Shown one piece after another: positions 30,648-32,000 of a stretch of 32,000 bases of DNA. The translations under genes and the position numbers were made by a program. This stretch comes from Candidatus Nanosynbacter lyticus (GTDB lineage: Bacteria > Patescibacteriota > Saccharimonadia > Saccharimonadales > Saccharimonadaceae), in contig NZ_CP124549.1 of the NCBI RefSeq assembly GCF_030253515.1, forward strand, positions 90,001 through 122,000, written 5' to 3'. A model generated the notes under the pieces. The model searched no databases. It was not told the origin of the DNA and saw only the letters and a list, made by a program, of their open reading frames with translations. Every line of letters starts with the position of its first letter. Within the stretch, counting starts at the first letter, position 1.

Positions 30648-32000
30648 ATGAGCGAAGATAAACTCTATGCAATGCGACACAGCCTGGCGCATATTATGGC
30701 GGCGGCTGTGCAGCGGGTATGGCCAGACGCCAAGTTTGGAGTTGGTCCGGTTATTGAACATGGGTTTTATTACGATATTGATCTTGGTGAAACGAAGATC
30801 AGTGAGCAGCAGTTTAATAAAATTGAAAAGGTAATGCGACGAATCATTGCCGAAAAGCAAGACTTTGTGTGCACAAAATGCCCAATTGATGAAGCAATTC
30901 AATGGGCCAAAGATAGCCATCAGCCATATAAAGAAGAACTTCTTAATGACCTAAAACGTGCCGGGACAACGGTAGCAAAAGATCTGGACGCTGCAGAAAT
31001 GGGTACAATTGCCGAAGGTGATAGCGCGCTCGATGAAGTTTCGTTTTATACCAACGGGTCGTTTAAGGATCTGTGTCGTGGACCGCATGCTGTAAATACC
31101 AGTCAGGTTGGTGCATTTAAGTTGATGCGGGTTGCGGGCGCCTATTGGCGGGGCAATGAAAAGAATCCTCAAATGCAGCGACTATACGGTGTAGCTTTTG
31201 CTACGCAGGAAGAGCTGGATAAATATTTGGAGAAATTAGAGCTGGCCAAACAGCGTGATCACCGCAAGTTAGGCAAGGAGCTTGATCTGTACACCACCTC
31301 GCCGCTCGTGGGGGTTGGTTTGCCATTATTTACACCTCGTGGAACTATCTTGCGCGATACCGTGGCCCAATACTCAAATCAGCTGCGTCAGAGGTTTGGT
31401 TTTGAAAAAGTCTGGACGCCGCATATTACCAAAAAGGATTTGTATGAAACGTCAGGCCACTGGGCCAAATTTGGCGAAGAGCTGTTTTTGGTTAAAAGCC
31501 AGGAAACCAGTGATGAAATGGCGTTAAAGCCGATGAACTGCCCGCACCATACGCAGATTTTTGCTTCACAACCTCGTAGCTACCGCGATATGCCGGTGCG
31601 CTACTTGGAGACGACCACTGATTATCGTGACGAGAAAACCGGTGAGCTTGGTGGTCTGAATCGCGTGCGCTCATTAACCCAGGACGATAGTCATGTTTTC
31701 TGTCGTCCAGATCAAATTGAGCAAGAGATCAATAATTTGTTGTCCGCTGCCCAGGAATTGTACGGTACTATTGATATGAAACTGCGGGTTCGACTGAGTT
31801 ATCGCGATGATTCTGATGCATATTTGGGCGAACGTGAGCTGTGGGCTTCCGCACAAAATCAGTTGAAATCAGCAGTTGAAAAAGTTGGCTTGGACTATTT
31901 TGAGCAGGAAGGTGAGGCTGCTTTTTACGGACCAAAAATTGATTTCATGGCAACTGACGCTATCGGTCGTGAGCACCAAGTCGCGACAGTGCAGCTAGAC
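30648..32000 (+). CDS. thrS: Threonine--tRNA ligase (5' 451 codons; runs off the window), no N-terminal TGS domain
   Basis: Not in the ORF track because there is no stop in the window. ATG 30648 follows AAAGGAGG. Begins MSEDKLYAMRHSLAHIMAAAVQ (HxxxH of the editing/SAD domain). Also HRKLGKELDLY, KPMNCPHH, RVRSLTQDDSHVF, GEAAFYGPKIDF. The frame is open to position 32000. Confidence 0.93.
   Translation, partial: MSEDKLYAMRHSLAHIMAAAVQRVWPDAKFGVGPVIEHGFYYDIDLGETKISEQQFNKIEKVMRRIIAEKQDFVCTKCPIDEAIQWAKDSHQPYKEELLNDLKRAGTTVAKDLDAAEMGTIAEGDSALDEVSFYTNGSFKDLCRGPHAVNTSQVGAFKLMRVAGAYWRGNEKNPQMQRLYGVAFATQEELDKYLEKLELAKQRDHRKLGKELDLYTTSPLVGVGLPLFTPRGTILRDTVAQYSNQLRQRFGFEKVWTPHITKKDLYETSGHWAKFGEELFLVKSQETSDEMALKPMNCPHHTQIFASQPRSYRDMPVRYLETTTDYRDEKTGELGGLNRVRSLTQDDSHVFCRPDQIEQEINNLLSAAQELYGTIDMKLRVRLSYRDDSDAYLGERELWASAQNQLKSAVEKVGLDYFEQEGEAAFYGPKIDFMATDAIGREHQVATVQLD

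Noticed and set aside
1-32000. Scan for CRISPR arrays, tandem repeats, IS elements or transposases, rRNA genes and defence-system hallmarks.
   Set aside because: No regularly spaced direct repeats, terminal inverted repeats, transposase/integrase-like ORFs other than Xer, nuclease/helicase/RT ORFs or rRNA signatures were seen.

Overview
Gene-dense (about 90% coding), roughly 50% GC bacterial chromosomal window with short intergenic regions and many 4-nt start/stop overlaps. In order it contains: the 3' end of an unidentified gene; ftsK; a hypothetical envelope protein with a disrupted 5' end; pheA (-); rpsF-ssb-rpsR; efp; an AT-rich 350-bp gap; tlyA; ychF (-); three unassignable envelope/secreted proteins (164, 559, 669 aa). 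These run straight into an 11.4-kb secretin-less type IV pilus (T4P) cluster: pilM, pilN, pilO-like, a 76-aa TM ORF, pilB, pilT, pilC, major pilin, pilD, three pilin-like genes and a PilX-like gene. After that come a Xer-type recombinase (-), ndk, tRNA-Arg(CCT), a PH-domain membrane protein, a SurA-N-like membrane protein, tRNA-Thr(CGT), a small membrane protein, a processive-type GT2 synthase, nrdR (-), tRNA-Val(GAC) (-), a Thr T-box leader and the 5' 451 codons of thrS. The content (monoderm-style T4P, small housekeeping genes, ThrRS without a TGS domain) fits a reduced-genome Gram-positive-like lineage such as Saccharibacteria/Patescibacteria. That placement is an inference I cannot verify without a database search. 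Most notable observations: (1) the uncharacterised surface-protein trio physically coupled to the pilus operon; (2) a T-box riboswitch with a canonical UGGAACC antiterminator bulge whose sequence is also a perfect anti-SD for thrS; (3) a recurrent leaderless architecture, (TGn)TAnAAT 6-10 nt before the ATG, at at least seven operon-leading genes; (4) two tRNAs each followed by an ATG exactly 7 nt after the encoded CCA; (5) a long ORF separated from its SD-linked start by a frame change at a G4 run. No CRISPR array, transposase or rRNA was seen.
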